This document shows positions 55,698-64,000 of a DNA stretch of 64,000 nt, one piece after another; positions within the stretch are counted from its first letter, which is position 1; each line of letters begins with the position of its first letter. The stretch is taken from the NCBI GenBank assembly GCA_964419275.1, contig CAYQOY010000001.1, positions 15,218 through 79,217 of the forward strand, written 5' to 3'. The position numbers and the translations under genes are program-made. The notes under the pieces were generated by a model, which was given only the letters and a program-made list of their open reading frames with translations, was not told the origin of the DNA and ran no database searches. This DNA comes from Candidatus Woesearchaeota archaeon. Lineage in GTDB: Archaea; Nanobdellota; Nanobdellia; Pacearchaeales; GW2011-AR1.

Positions 55698-56666
55698 ATG
55701 GCTATGAGGGGAATTGAAAACAAACGAGCGCAGGGTGCATCCATTGAAACAGTCATAGGTTTTGTTTTAGGTGCAATAGTTTTGGTTTTAGCAATTTTTT
55801 ATTTCACTGGAAACTTTGATTTAATATTAAATTTGTTTTTTAGGGAGAATGTTGATAAAATTATTGCAAAATGTGATTCTTTTTGCGATTTAAAGCAAAC
55901 ATATAACTATTGCGAGTTAAATCAAAAAGTTGTTTTTTCATCAAAAGAAAAAGAACAAGGTTCTTGCTATGCTCTTTCACTGGCTTATTCATATTTTCCT
56001 AGCTGTCCTTCTTTGGATTGTCAAACTAGAGCACGACAACTTTTAAGTGATTCAAAATATGACCTTGTCGAGGGGAATACAATGAGAGGTGATAAATCTA
56101 AGATTTCCCAAGTTCTTGAATCAGCGAAAAATCTTGAAACAACAAAATCCAGCCGTTCTTGTAATTGTGGAACAAGTTGTGATGATTATGCGGGATATTT
56201 AATTGCTGCAGCACAACAAGTAAATTCAGCTGGATTTTCCAAAGATCCTTTAGATCCTTTGTTGATTGCTGCTTTGTTGATGCAAGAAACAAATTGCAAT
56301 GCTCAAGCAGGATTTCCCTACACGACTTCTGGAAAAGCATATGGGATTGCTCAAATTGTTCCGAGTGTTTGGTGTGGACAGACGCCCCTCTTAAGTGTTC
56401 AAACATCTGCTTGTGTAAACCAGCTTAAATCTGCTGAAACAAGCATACTTTCTGCTGCAGATATTTTAAAAAAGAATTATCGAGTAGGAGATAAACTGTT
56501 TGAAGGTGCTTGTATTGTTGAGTATTCTTCTAAAAAATATTCTGGCTGGGCAGCTGCATTAAGAGGCTATGTTGGTTGGGGATGTGCTGAAGGGCATGAC
56601 TCTTATGTAACAGATGTTATACTTCTTTACACTCAATTAAAAGAAAAGTATAATTCCTTGAACTAA
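55698..56666 (+). CDS. pilin-like N-terminus fused to lytic-transglycosylase (SLT/lysozyme-like) domain
   Basis: MAMRGIENKRA|QGASIETVIGFVLGAIVLVLAIFYF. SLT motifs LLMQETNCNAQAGFP (E-S/T catalytic block) and SGKAYGIAQIVPSV (G.A.GLMQ.MP.T block). Confidence 0.55.
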   Translation: MAMRGIENKRAQGASIETVIGFVLGAIVLVLAIFYFTGNFDLILNLFFRENVDKIIAKCDSFCDLKQTYNYCELNQKVVFSSKEKEQGSCYALSLAYSYFPSCPSLDCQTRARQLLSDSKYDLVEGNTMRGDKSKISQVLESAKNLETTKSSRSCNCGTSCDDYAGYLIAAAQQVNSAGFSKDPLDPLLIAALLMQETNCNAQAGFPYTTSGKAYGIAQIVPSVWCGQTPLLSVQTSACVNQLKSAETSILSAADILKKNYRVGDKLFEGACIVEYSSKKYSGWAAALRGYVGWGCAEGHDSYVTDVILLYTQLKEKYNSLN

Positions 56667-56814
56667 ATTCAAATTTCCAATTAAAAACTAAGATGTCAGA
56701 TTATGCTGTTCCGGACAAGAGAAATAAGGGAAAAGATAAGAAAAAGAATAGAAAGAAGTATCCTTACAGGCATGGCGGGAAGCAAAGAACAAAAGAGGAG
56801 ATTTAATCGTATCT

Positions 56815-57687
56815 ATGATTGAAATAATTGTTTTGGTTGCTCTTGCATTAATCTGGCTGGTATTTGCCAGTGTTCATGATGTTCGAACAACAGAAGTTCC
56901 TGACTGGCTTAATTTTTCTTTGATTGCTTTTGCACTTGGCTTCAGGTTTTTTTACTCTTTATTTGCTTTGGTAAATTTTAGTTTCTTTTTTCAAGGCTTA
57001 ATTGGATTGGGAATATTCTTTGTTTTGGGAAATTTATTTTATCATGGAAAAATGTTTGCAGGTGGAGATGCAAAGCTTATGATTGCCTTGGGAACAATTT
57101 TGCCTTTTTCCTTTAGTTTAGTTGAAAATTTGAAGCTGTTTGTCGCATTTTTGCTCGTTTTCTTTTTAACAGCTTCTATTTTTGGGATTTCCACTAGCAT
57201 TTATTTTGCAATTAAAAACAAAAACAATTTCAAAAAAGAATTCATTAAAACTTATCAGAAAAATAAAAAAATAAGCTTGGTTGTTCAAGCATTGGCTTTA
57301 ATTGTGATGATGCTTGGGTTGATTAATCAACAAGGATTATTTTATCTTGGAATTTTTGTTTTTCTAAGCCCCTTGCTTTTTAATTTTGCAAAATCTGTCG
57401 ACGAGGCTTGTATGGTTAAGCTTGTCGATTCCAATAAGCTGATGGAAGGAGACTGGCTTTACAAACCTATTTTAGTTGGAAATAAAAAAATACTTGCAAA
57501 ATGGGATGGATTAAGCAAACAAGAAATAAAGCTCATTCAAAAACATAAAAAATTTGTATGGATTAAAAAAGGAGTTCCCTTCGTGCCTGTTTTTTTGATT
57601 AGTTTTATTATACTCTGCGTTTTATTTTTGTTTTTTAAGGAATTCTTCTTGGAAACCAGATACTTTTTTCTTGCTCTGGGTGCTTAG
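56815..57687 (+). CDS. prepilin peptidase (A24 family; PibD/FlaK-like)
   Basis: Polytopic membrane protein. First catalytic Asp region SVHDVRTTEVPD. Second catalytic motif GGDAKLMIALG. Confidence 0.7.
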   Translation: MIEIIVLVALALIWLVFASVHDVRTTEVPDWLNFSLIAFALGFRFFYSLFALVNFSFFFQGLIGLGIFFVLGNLFYHGKMFAGGDAKLMIALGTILPFSFSLVENLKLFVAFLLVFFLTASIFGISTSIYFAIKNKNNFKKEFIKTYQKNKKISLVVQALALIVMMLGLINQQGLFYLGIFVFLSPLLFNFAKSVDEACMVKLVDSNKLMEGDWLYKPILVGNKKILAKWDGLSKQEIKLIQKHKKFVWIKKGVPFVPVFLISFIILCVLFLFFKEFFLETRYFFLALGA

Positions 57688-58231
57688 GATTGTCTTCAAC
57701 TGTTGATTCTTTAGAATTGTCTTTAGCTTCTTGTTTTTCATTTTTTGAATTTTCTTTTTTTTCTTGTTTATCTTCTTCTTGTTTATTCTCTTTTTCCGAG
57801 TTTGTTTTATTTTCTGATTTTTCAACTTCGTGGCTTTTAGTTTCATCTTCTTTGATGAATAAGCTTCGTACTTCTTCAAGCTCTTCTTGGGTTGCTTTGT
57901 ATCTTTCTGAAGAAATGCTTTCATCGTTGTAAACAGGAATTAAATTAATTATCCCATGTCCCTGGAAATCCACAGTGGCAATTTCAATATCCTTGGAATT
58001 TAATTTTTCTTTGAGCTGAGAGGCAAGCTTTTGGGCAAAAAGGATAATCTTGCTTTTCATTTCTTTTAGCTGAAGATGCTCTTTTGGCAAAACCATCGTA
58101 TGCCCTTTGGAAACAGGATTAATTTCCAGAACTGCCACAGCCTCTTGAATCTCAGAAATTTTGTAGCCAGCAATTTTTTCAGAAGCGATAAGGCAGAAAA
58201 CACAATTTTGATTTTCAGATTCTTGTGCCAT
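57635..58231 (-). CDS. HIT-family protein with Lys/Glu-rich C-terminal tail
   Basis: N-terminal CVFCLI. Histidine-triad-like DFQGHGIINLIP. Low-complexity tail EKENKQEEDKQEKKENSKNEKQE. Overlaps the 3' end of the prepilin peptidase gene convergently. Confidence 0.5.
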   Translation of the reverse strand: MAQESENQNCVFCLIASEKIAGYKISEIQEAVAVLEINPVSKGHTMVLPKEHLQLKEMKSKIILFAQKLASQLKEKLNSKDIEIATVDFQGHGIINLIPVYNDESISSERYKATQEELEEVRSLFIKEDETKSHEVEKSENKTNSEKENKQEEDKQEKKENSKNEKQEAKDNSKESTVEDNPKHPEQEKSIWFPRRIP

Positions 58232-58277
58232 TAAAAATTAACAACTAATTGGTATTAAAATTTATCCAATTGAGTGT

Positions 58278-58550
58278 TTATCCAATTGCTCTTCTTAAAT
58301 CAATAACTTCCACAGAATTAACATTCTCAATTGTTCTTAACTCTTGCTCTAAATCCTCAAGTTCGTTTTCTTCTGGCCAAGCAAATCCCGCTATAACTGC
58401 AATTAATCCAAACGCAATTGGCTGCTGTTCAAAAACAGGATTAAGAACTTTTTTTGATTCAATAATCTTTTTAGCGTCTTCGGTTATCTTGTCTAAGTCT
58501 ACGCCAGGGGCTGTAGGCATTATTTTCATTTTAACTAAAGCTGTTCCCAT
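58278..58550 (-). CDS. ef1b: translation elongation factor aEF-1 beta
   Basis: 90 aa. MGTALVKMKIMPTAPGVDLDKI...IAFGLIAVIAG...NVNSVEVIDLRR matches the aEF-1beta family pattern. Confidence 0.8.
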   Translation of the reverse strand: MGTALVKMKIMPTAPGVDLDKITEDAKKIIESKKVLNPVFEQQPIAFGLIAVIAGFAWPEENELEDLEQELRTIENVNSVEVIDLRRAIG

Positions 58551-58646
58551 GAGGTTTTTTATGAGGTTTCTTTTATAAATGTTTTGAAAAATTAGTGGGT
58601 TTTAAACTATCGCAATACTTAAAAAATAGCTTCTGTTTTTCTTGGA

Positions 58647-59588
58647 ATGTTAGAAAATTATTCCAAGCTTCTTGAGAGGATTTCCAGACATTCAGGAATC
58701 GATAAAGAGGAAATTGAAAGAAGAGTTGAAGCTAAAAGAGCAAAGCTTTCAGGGCTTATTAGCAAAGAGGGTGCTGCTCAAATTGTCGCTAGTGAATTGG
58801 GAATCTCCTTTGATAATGAGATGCTTAAAATAAATGAGCTTTTGCCTGGAATGAAAAAGGTTAATGTTATTGGAAAAGTAATCCACCTTTCCCCTGTAAG
58901 AAGCTTTATGAGAAAAGGCCAAGAAGGAAAAGTTGTGAATTTAACTTTAGCAGATGAAACAGCTAACATAAAAGTTGTGCTTTGGGATATGAATCATATT
59001 ATTCTTGTTGAAAATAATGACTTAAAGCTGGGAGATGTGATTGAAATTTCAAATGGAACAATGCGAGACAATGAGCTTCACTTAGGAAGTTTTTCTAATC
59101 TTAAGCGTTCTTCAGAAGAAATTAAGACCGTTGTAACTCAAAAAGCAGTTCATGAAAAAAAGATTTCTGAAAGCGTTGCTTCAGAGACAGTCAAGCTGCG
59201 AGCTTTTGTTGTAAGTGTACTGGGCCCAAGATTCTTTGAAACTTGCCCTGAATGCAGAAAAAAAGTTCAGAAAGAGTCTGATGGTTTTATTTGCGCAGAG
59301 CACGGAAAAGTTATTGCCGACAAAAGAGCCCTGGTAAATCTTGTTTTAGACGATGGCACAGAAACAATCCGAGCAGTGGTGTTCTCAGATAATTTTTCTA
59401 AACTAGGATTAACTGATTTGGAAGATATAGAAAAGACTTCAGTACAAAAAGAAGAGCTTTTAGGAAAAGAAATGTTTTTTTCTGGAGAAATAAGAGTAAA
59501 CAAATTCTTTAACAACAACGAATTGAATATTGAATCAATGGAATTTGTTGATGTTGATAAACTTCTTTCAGATTTAGAAAAAAATTAA
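58647..59588 (+). CDS. rpa: replication protein A-like ssDNA-binding protein (OB folds plus zinc ribbon)
   Basis: OB-fold blocks (VNVIGKVIHLSPVRSF...KVVNLTLADETANIKVVLW). CPECRKKV...CAEHGKV zinc ribbon. Confidence 0.6.
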   Translation: MLENYSKLLERISRHSGIDKEEIERRVEAKRAKLSGLISKEGAAQIVASELGISFDNEMLKINELLPGMKKVNVIGKVIHLSPVRSFMRKGQEGKVVNLTLADETANIKVVLWDMNHIILVENNDLKLGDVIEISNGTMRDNELHLGSFSNLKRSSEEIKTVVTQKAVHEKKISESVASETVKLRAFVVSVLGPRFFETCPECRKKVQKESDGFICAEHGKVIADKRALVNLVLDDGTETIRAVVFSDNFSKLGLTDLEDIEKTSVQKEELLGKEMFFSGEIRVNKFFNNNELNIESMEFVDVDKLLSDLEKN

Positions 59589-59592
59589 GCAT

Positions 59593-60063
59593 ATGCTTAT
59601 TAGAACCCATTTAGCGATCTCAATCTTTTTTATCTTACTATTTTTTCCTTTTTTCGAAAACAAAATCCTTTTTTGCATTGTGATGATTGTTGCAACTTTT
59701 CTTCCAGACATCGATAGCTCTCGTTCCAAAATTGGAAAAAGCTTTTTGTTGCGCCCATTGCAATTATTTTTTGGGCATCGCGGAATTTTGCACAGTTTTA
59801 CTTTTGCATTAATGTTGAGCGTGTTAATTTTCTTTTTTTCGCAAGAAGTTTCAATAGCATTCTTTTTAGGATATGGATTGCATTTGATTGCAGACAGCTT
59901 TACTTTTATGGGAATAACTCCCTTTTACCCTATTTCTAAAAAATGGAAAGGGTTAATTAAAACAGGTGGTTGGACAGAAGCAATTATTTTCATGATCCTT
60001 GTTTTGTTGAACTTGGGATTGCTGTATTTTAGACTGGTTGAATGGATTAATTTTCCTCGATAA
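59593..60063 (+). CDS. membrane-bound metal-dependent hydrolase (DUF457/YdjM-like)
   Basis: LPDIDSSRS, HRGILHSFTF, HLIADSFT motifs. 156 aa, 4 TM. Confidence 0.5.
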   Translation: MLIRTHLAISIFFILLFFPFFENKILFCIVMIVATFLPDIDSSRSKIGKSFLLRPLQLFFGHRGILHSFTFALMLSVLIFFFSQEVSIAFFLGYGLHLIADSFTFMGITPFYPISKKWKGLIKTGGWTEAIIFMILVLLNLGLLYFRLVEWINFPR

Positions 60064-60128
60064 TTGCTTTTTGAAATATATATCTTAATCCGAACAATCT
60101 TTATAAACAGACTAAAGGTAGAAAAGAT

Positions 60129-61193
60129 ATGGCTGAAGATTATGAAGAAGATGAGGAATTAGAAGAAGAGGTTGAAGAAAAAGAAGAGAAATCTGAAAAA
60201 AAATCTAAATCTACTAAAGAAAAAGGCAAAGAAAAAGAGCCTACTTTAACTGATTTGCCCGGCGTTGGACCTGCTGTTGCAGCGAAATTAGAATCTGCAG
60301 GAATTTTTGATCTAATGTCTTTAGCTGTTATGGGGCCCACGGAATTAGGCGATATTGCTGGAGTTAGCCCTGCTGTTGCAAGAAAAGCTATTCAAGCAGC
60401 TAGAAAGATGATGGATTTGGGATTTGTTGATGGCGCTGAATATGCTAAAAAAAGAGAATCTGTTCATTTTATTACAACTGGAAGTAAAAATCTTGACGAA
60501 CTCTTGGGTGGAAGAGGTGTTGAAAGCCGAGCAATCACAGAAGCTTTTGGAGCATATGGAAGTGGTAAAACTCAGCTAGGTTTATCGCTTGCTGTTAATG
60601 TCCAGTTACCTTTAGAAAAAGGAGGGGCAGAAGGAAAATGTGTGTTTATTGATACAGAGGGAACATTCAGACCTTCAAGAATAAAGCAGATTGCTGAAGC
60701 TCTCGGAGCAAATCCTGACAAGGTATTGAAAAATATACTTGTTGCTCGTGCCTTCAACTCAGATCATCAGATTTTACTTTTAGATAGAATTTCTGAAATG
60801 ATTAAAGAAGGCGAGCCAATTAAACTGATTATTGTCGATTCTTTAACAGCACACTTCAGAGCTGAATTTTCTGGAAGAGGACAATTAGCAGACAGGCAGC
60901 AGAAGCTTAATCAGTATATTCATAATTTAATGAAAATAGCAGAGCAATTTAATTTAGCAATTTATGTTACAAATCAGGTTATGGCAAATCCTGCTCAAAT
61001 GTTTGGAGACCCAACTGTTGCTGTTGGAGGGAATATTGTTGCACACGCTTCGACTTACAGAATTTATTTGAGAAGAGGTAAAAAAGATTCCAGAGTTGCA
61101 AAGTTAATTGACAGTCCTAATCTTCCAGACAATGAAACAATCTTTTATCTCAGTGAAGGTGGGTTGAAAGATGATTCAAAGGAAAAAGACTAA
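60129..61193 (+). CDS. radA: DNA repair and recombination protein RadA, with acidic/Lys-rich N-terminal extension
   Basis: HhH LPGVGPAVAAKL. Walker A GAYGSGKTQ. Walker B LIIVDSL. Typical RadA C-terminus. First ~40 aa are E/K-rich low complexity. Confidence 0.9.
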   Translation: MAEDYEEDEELEEEVEEKEEKSEKKSKSTKEKGKEKEPTLTDLPGVGPAVAAKLESAGIFDLMSLAVMGPTELGDIAGVSPAVARKAIQAARKMMDLGFVDGAEYAKKRESVHFITTGSKNLDELLGGRGVESRAITEAFGAYGSGKTQLGLSLAVNVQLPLEKGGAEGKCVFIDTEGTFRPSRIKQIAEALGANPDKVLKNILVARAFNSDHQILLLDRISEMIKEGEPIKLIIVDSLTAHFRAEFSGRGQLADRQQKLNQYIHNLMKIAEQFNLAIYVTNQVMANPAQMFGDPTVAVGGNIVAHASTYRIYLRRGKKDSRVAKLIDSPNLPDNETIFYLSEGGLKDDSKEKD

Positions 61194-61232
61194 ATAAATA
61201 ATTTTAAAAAATAAAATAACCCTTCTAATCCC

Positions 61233-62393
61233 ATGAAAACCTACATAACTTCTGAGTCTGTAACAGAAGGACATCCTGACAAAATTTGTGATCAAATTTC
61301 AGATGCAATACTAGATAAACTTATTGCACAGGATCCCAGTTCTAGAGTAGCTGTTGAAACTCTTGTGACAACTGGGAGTGTTCACGTTGCTGGAGAAGTT
61401 ACCAGCGAAGGATTTGCAGATATTCATGAGATTGTAAGAAATACCCTTAAAAGAATAGGATATAATGATCCTGAGTTTGGAATGGATTATGAAGATGCAG
61501 GCGTTTGGGTAAGTATTCATTCTCAAAGTCTAGATATTTCTCAAGGAGTTAATGAAAAAACAAACGGAGAACAAAAAGAACAAGGTGCAGGAGATCAAGG
61601 AATGATGTACGGCTTTGCTTGCAATGAAACTCCTGAATTAATGCCTATGCCGATTATTTATGCTCATAAACTCGCAAAAGCTCTTGCGAGTTTCAGAAGA
61701 TCTGGCGCGTTAAATAAGGGATTGGGCCCAGATGGAAAAACTCAAGTTACAGTGGAATATGAAAACGGAAAACCAAAAAGAATCGACACTATTGTAATTG
61801 CTCAACAGCATAAAAAACAAGTTAGTGAGAATAAGCTAAGAAAAGAAATTTACAGAAAAGTTATTGTACCGGTTTGTGGAAAGTTAATTGATAGACAAAC
61901 TAAAATTCATATTAACGCTACAGGAAGATTTGTCATCGGTGGGCCTGAAGGAGATACCGGATTAACTGGAAGAAAAATTATTGTGGACAGCTATGGGGGC
62001 GTTGGAAGAGTCGGCGGAGGATGTTTTAGTGGAAAAGATCCTTCAAAAGTCGACAGAAGTGGTGCTTATATTGCAAGGCATATCGCAAAGAATATCGTTG
62101 CTGCAAAACTTGCTGACAAATGTGAGATTCAAATAAGTTATGCGATTGGAATAGCCAAGCCTGTTTCAGTTCACATAGACTGCTTTAATACAAATAAAAT
62201 TCCAGAAGAGCAAATAAGAAAAATTGTTGCTGAAACATTTGACTTGCGCCCTAAGGCAGTTATTGAGTATCTTGATTTGAAAAAACCAATTTATGAAAAA
62301 ACAGCCAGCTACGGCCATTTTGGAAGAAGCGAATTTTCTTGGGAAAAAACCGACAAAGTTGAAGAATTGAGAAAAAAAGCAGGTTTAGCTTAA
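61233..62393 (+). CDS. metK: S-adenosylmethionine synthetase, bacterial/eukaryotic MetK type
   Basis: [97 protein letters not shown]. Near-identical blocks to E. coli MetK. Confidence 0.9.
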   Translation: MKTYITSESVTEGHPDKICDQISDAILDKLIAQDPSSRVAVETLVTTGSVHVAGEVTSEGFADIHEIVRNTLKRIGYNDPEFGMDYEDAGVWVSIHSQSLDISQGVNEKTNGEQKEQGAGDQGMMYGFACNETPELMPMPIIYAHKLAKALASFRRSGALNKGLGPDGKTQVTVEYENGKPKRIDTIVIAQQHKKQVSENKLRKEIYRKVIVPVCGKLIDRQTKIHINATGRFVIGGPEGDTGLTGRKIIVDSYGGVGRVGGGCFSGKDPSKVDRSGAYIARHIAKNIVAAKLADKCEIQISYAIGIAKPVSVHIDCFNTNKIPEEQIRKIVAETFDLRPKAVIEYLDLKKPIYEKTASYGHFGRSEFSWEKTDKVEELRKKAGLA

Positions 62394-62470
62394 AGGTATT
62401 CTTTTCTATTTTTATCTTCGGCAACAAAAAGATAATTTTATAATCTTGTTTTGATTGATTCTTATACCAC

Positions 62471-62911
62471 ATGAAATCTTTGGTAATTTATTATTCACAT
62501 TTTGGAAATACTCGAGTTATTGCAGAAAGAATTGCAAGGCAGCTCGGAGAGGATTCTCGAGCAATTTCCATAGATTCTTTTGATATGAGTTATCTTAAGG
62601 GAGTTAAATTATTGGTTGTTGGGAGCCCTATTTTAGGTTGGATGCCTTACGAAAAAATTCAAACATTTTTGAATAGCCTTAAACCCGGAGAATTAAGGGG
62701 AGTTAAGGCTGTTAGTTTTGACACTCGTGTTAAGCTTTTCATTCATGGTGATGCAGCATCAAAAATTTCAAAAAAATTAGAAGAAGCTGGAGCAGAAATT
62801 ATTATCCAACCTCAAGCATTTTATGTTAAAGGACAAAGCGGTCCCCTTTTTCCAGGGGAAATTGAGAAAGCGAAAGCTTGGGCGGATATGATTAAAATAA
62901 ATTTTAAGTGA
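62471..62911 (+). CDS. flavodoxin-like fold protein
   Basis: MKSLVIYYSHFGNTRVIAERIA is an FMN-binding-loop-like N-terminus. 146 aa. Confidence 0.45.
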   Translation: MKSLVIYYSHFGNTRVIAERIARQLGEDSRAISIDSFDMSYLKGVKLLVVGSPILGWMPYEKIQTFLNSLKPGELRGVKAVSFDTRVKLFIHGDAASKISKKLEEAGAEIIIQPQAFYVKGQSGPLFPGEIEKAKAWADMIKINFK

Positions 62912-62971
62912 GCAAGCTAACAAATTCAAATAGATTTAAAATTGTTTGAAACAATATAAAAAAGGTGAAGT

Positions 62972-63712
62972 ATGTCAAGATCAAAAATTCCTAAGGATAT
63001 TGAAGAATTTCCTAAAAGATTAAAAGCCTTTGTTTGGATTATCCTTTTATTAATTCTTTTTGGAACAGTAGGATTCAGAATCATCTCTGAAAAAACATTC
63101 AAAGCGGCGTTCATTAGAACTTTTCAGACTCTTGCAGTAATGTTTCGCCCAGATAGCACAACTCCCGAAAGGATATTAGAGATTTTCCTCGCTCTTGTAG
63201 GCGTTTTCTTGATTTGGTGGGTTTTATGGAGCTTTGCAGATATGGTGCTTGAAGGAAGTCTAAAAAAGTATTTAAAAACAAGATTCTATTCTGCTAAAAT
63301 GGAGAGTATGAAAAATCACACAATTATTGTTGGCGCCGGAAGAGTTGGCGAGGAAATCGCACAAAGTTTGGCTAAAAAGAAAAAGGATTTTATTCTGATT
63401 GAATCAGATACCAAAGTCACTTCAGGTTTAAGGAAAAGTAAATATGTTTTCATTGAAGGAGATGCTTTAAATGAGGATATTCTTAAACGAGCAGGAATTG
63501 AAAAAGCTTCTAGAATAATTTTGACATTGCCTAAAACTGAGCAAAATATTTTGATTACTTTAACTGCTAAAGAATTGAATTCTAAAATCGAAGTGCATTC
63601 CAGATGTGAAAGCCCGGGATTGGTTTCAAAATTAAAACGAGCCGGAGCAAAAATCGTTGTTGTTCCTGAAATTGTCGCAGCAGATAAGATTGCCGACGAA
63701 TTGGGGCTTTAA
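62972..63712 (+). CDS. TrkA-N (RCK) domain protein with N-terminal membrane helices
   Basis: Two N-terminal TM helices, then Rossmann GxGxxG IIVGAGRVGEEIAQSL. No GYGD selectivity filter seen. Confidence 0.55.
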   Translation: MSRSKIPKDIEEFPKRLKAFVWIILLLILFGTVGFRIISEKTFKAAFIRTFQTLAVMFRPDSTTPERILEIFLALVGVFLIWWVLWSFADMVLEGSLKKYLKTRFYSAKMESMKNHTIIVGAGRVGEEIAQSLAKKKKDFILIESDTKVTSGLRKSKYVFIEGDALNEDILKRAGIEKASRIILTLPKTEQNILITLTAKELNSKIEVHSRCESPGLVSKLKRAGAKIVVVPEIVAADKIADELGL

Positions 63713-63725
63713 TTTAATTTTTAAA

Positions 63726-64000
63726 ATGAATCATTCTTGGAAAGTTGGATTTAATTTCGGAGTAACTTCGGGGATTATTACAACTCTTGGACTTATGGTG
63801 GGATTAAACACTGCAACAAGTTCTAAACTAGCAATTGTCGGAGGAATTTTAACAATCGCTGTTGCCGATGCTTGTTCTGACGCATTGGGGATTCACATCT
63901 CAGAAGAAGGAGAAAACAAACACACTCGAAAGCAAATTTGGGAGTCTACTTTTGCAACTTTCTTTTTCAAATTTATTTTTGCTTCGATTTTTATTGTTCC
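63726..64000 (+). CDS. VIT1/CCC1-family-like membrane protein (partial; runs off the window end)
   Basis: GVTSGIITTLGLMVGLNTATSS...GGILTIAVADACSDALGIHISEE resembles the VIT-family N-terminal half. Confidence 0.35.
   Translation, partial: MNHSWKVGFNFGVTSGIITTLGLMVGLNTATSSKLAIVGGILTIAVADACSDALGIHISEEGENKHTRKQIWESTFATFFFKFIFASIFIV

Noticed and set aside
57622-57932. Two overlapping 80-100 aa Lys-rich or Ser-rich ORFs
   Set aside because: They lie within or antisense to the low-complexity K/E tail of the HIT-family gene. Frame-shifted translations of a repetitive region.

Overview
This is an AT-rich (roughly one-third GC) archaeal chromosomal window. Gene content fits a small-genome DPANN-type archaeon (L21e, L18e, S13/S4, RpoF, RpoN, Rpp21, Orc1/Cdc6, PolD DP1 and DP2, RadA, aEF-1beta, RPA, XerA, archaeal TyrRS). 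Core content: (i) ribosomal/RNAP clusters (S4-S13-DUF655-RpoF-L21e on the minus strand; tRNA-Leu-L18e-L13-S9 on the plus strand); (ii) a replication origin with two inverted ORB boxes flanking an AT-rich DUE directly upstream of orc1/cdc6-polD(DP1)-polD(DP2); (iii) housekeeping genes (TyrRS, DRG GTPase, M16 peptidases, agmatinase, LigT, split Hef nuclease/helicase, IMPDH-family, RadA, bacterial-type MetK). Accessory-looking content: a 4.5-12.6 kb stretch with a zinc-ribbon/recombinase-domain protein, XerA-like integrase next to a perfect 28-bp 11-6-11 palindrome, an RRM/RGG protein, direct repeats, phased T-tracts, dense AAACAGCTGTTT/CTGTTT motif arrays, and two coiled-coil plus winged-helix proteins. 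There is also a giant secreted S8 subtilase with a triplicated C-terminal domain. The most striking feature is a ~15 kb type-IV-pilus-like locus (42.9-57.7 kb): FlaI/VirB11-like ATPase, FlaJ/TadC-like platform, ten tandem proteins with class III (prepilin-like) signal peptides, and a prepilin peptidase. Two of the pilin-like proteins carry peptidoglycan-directed domains: a PG-binding domain plus VanY/M15-like peptidase, and a lytic-transglycosylase-like domain. All calls come from reading the sequence and ORF translations; no database searches were run.
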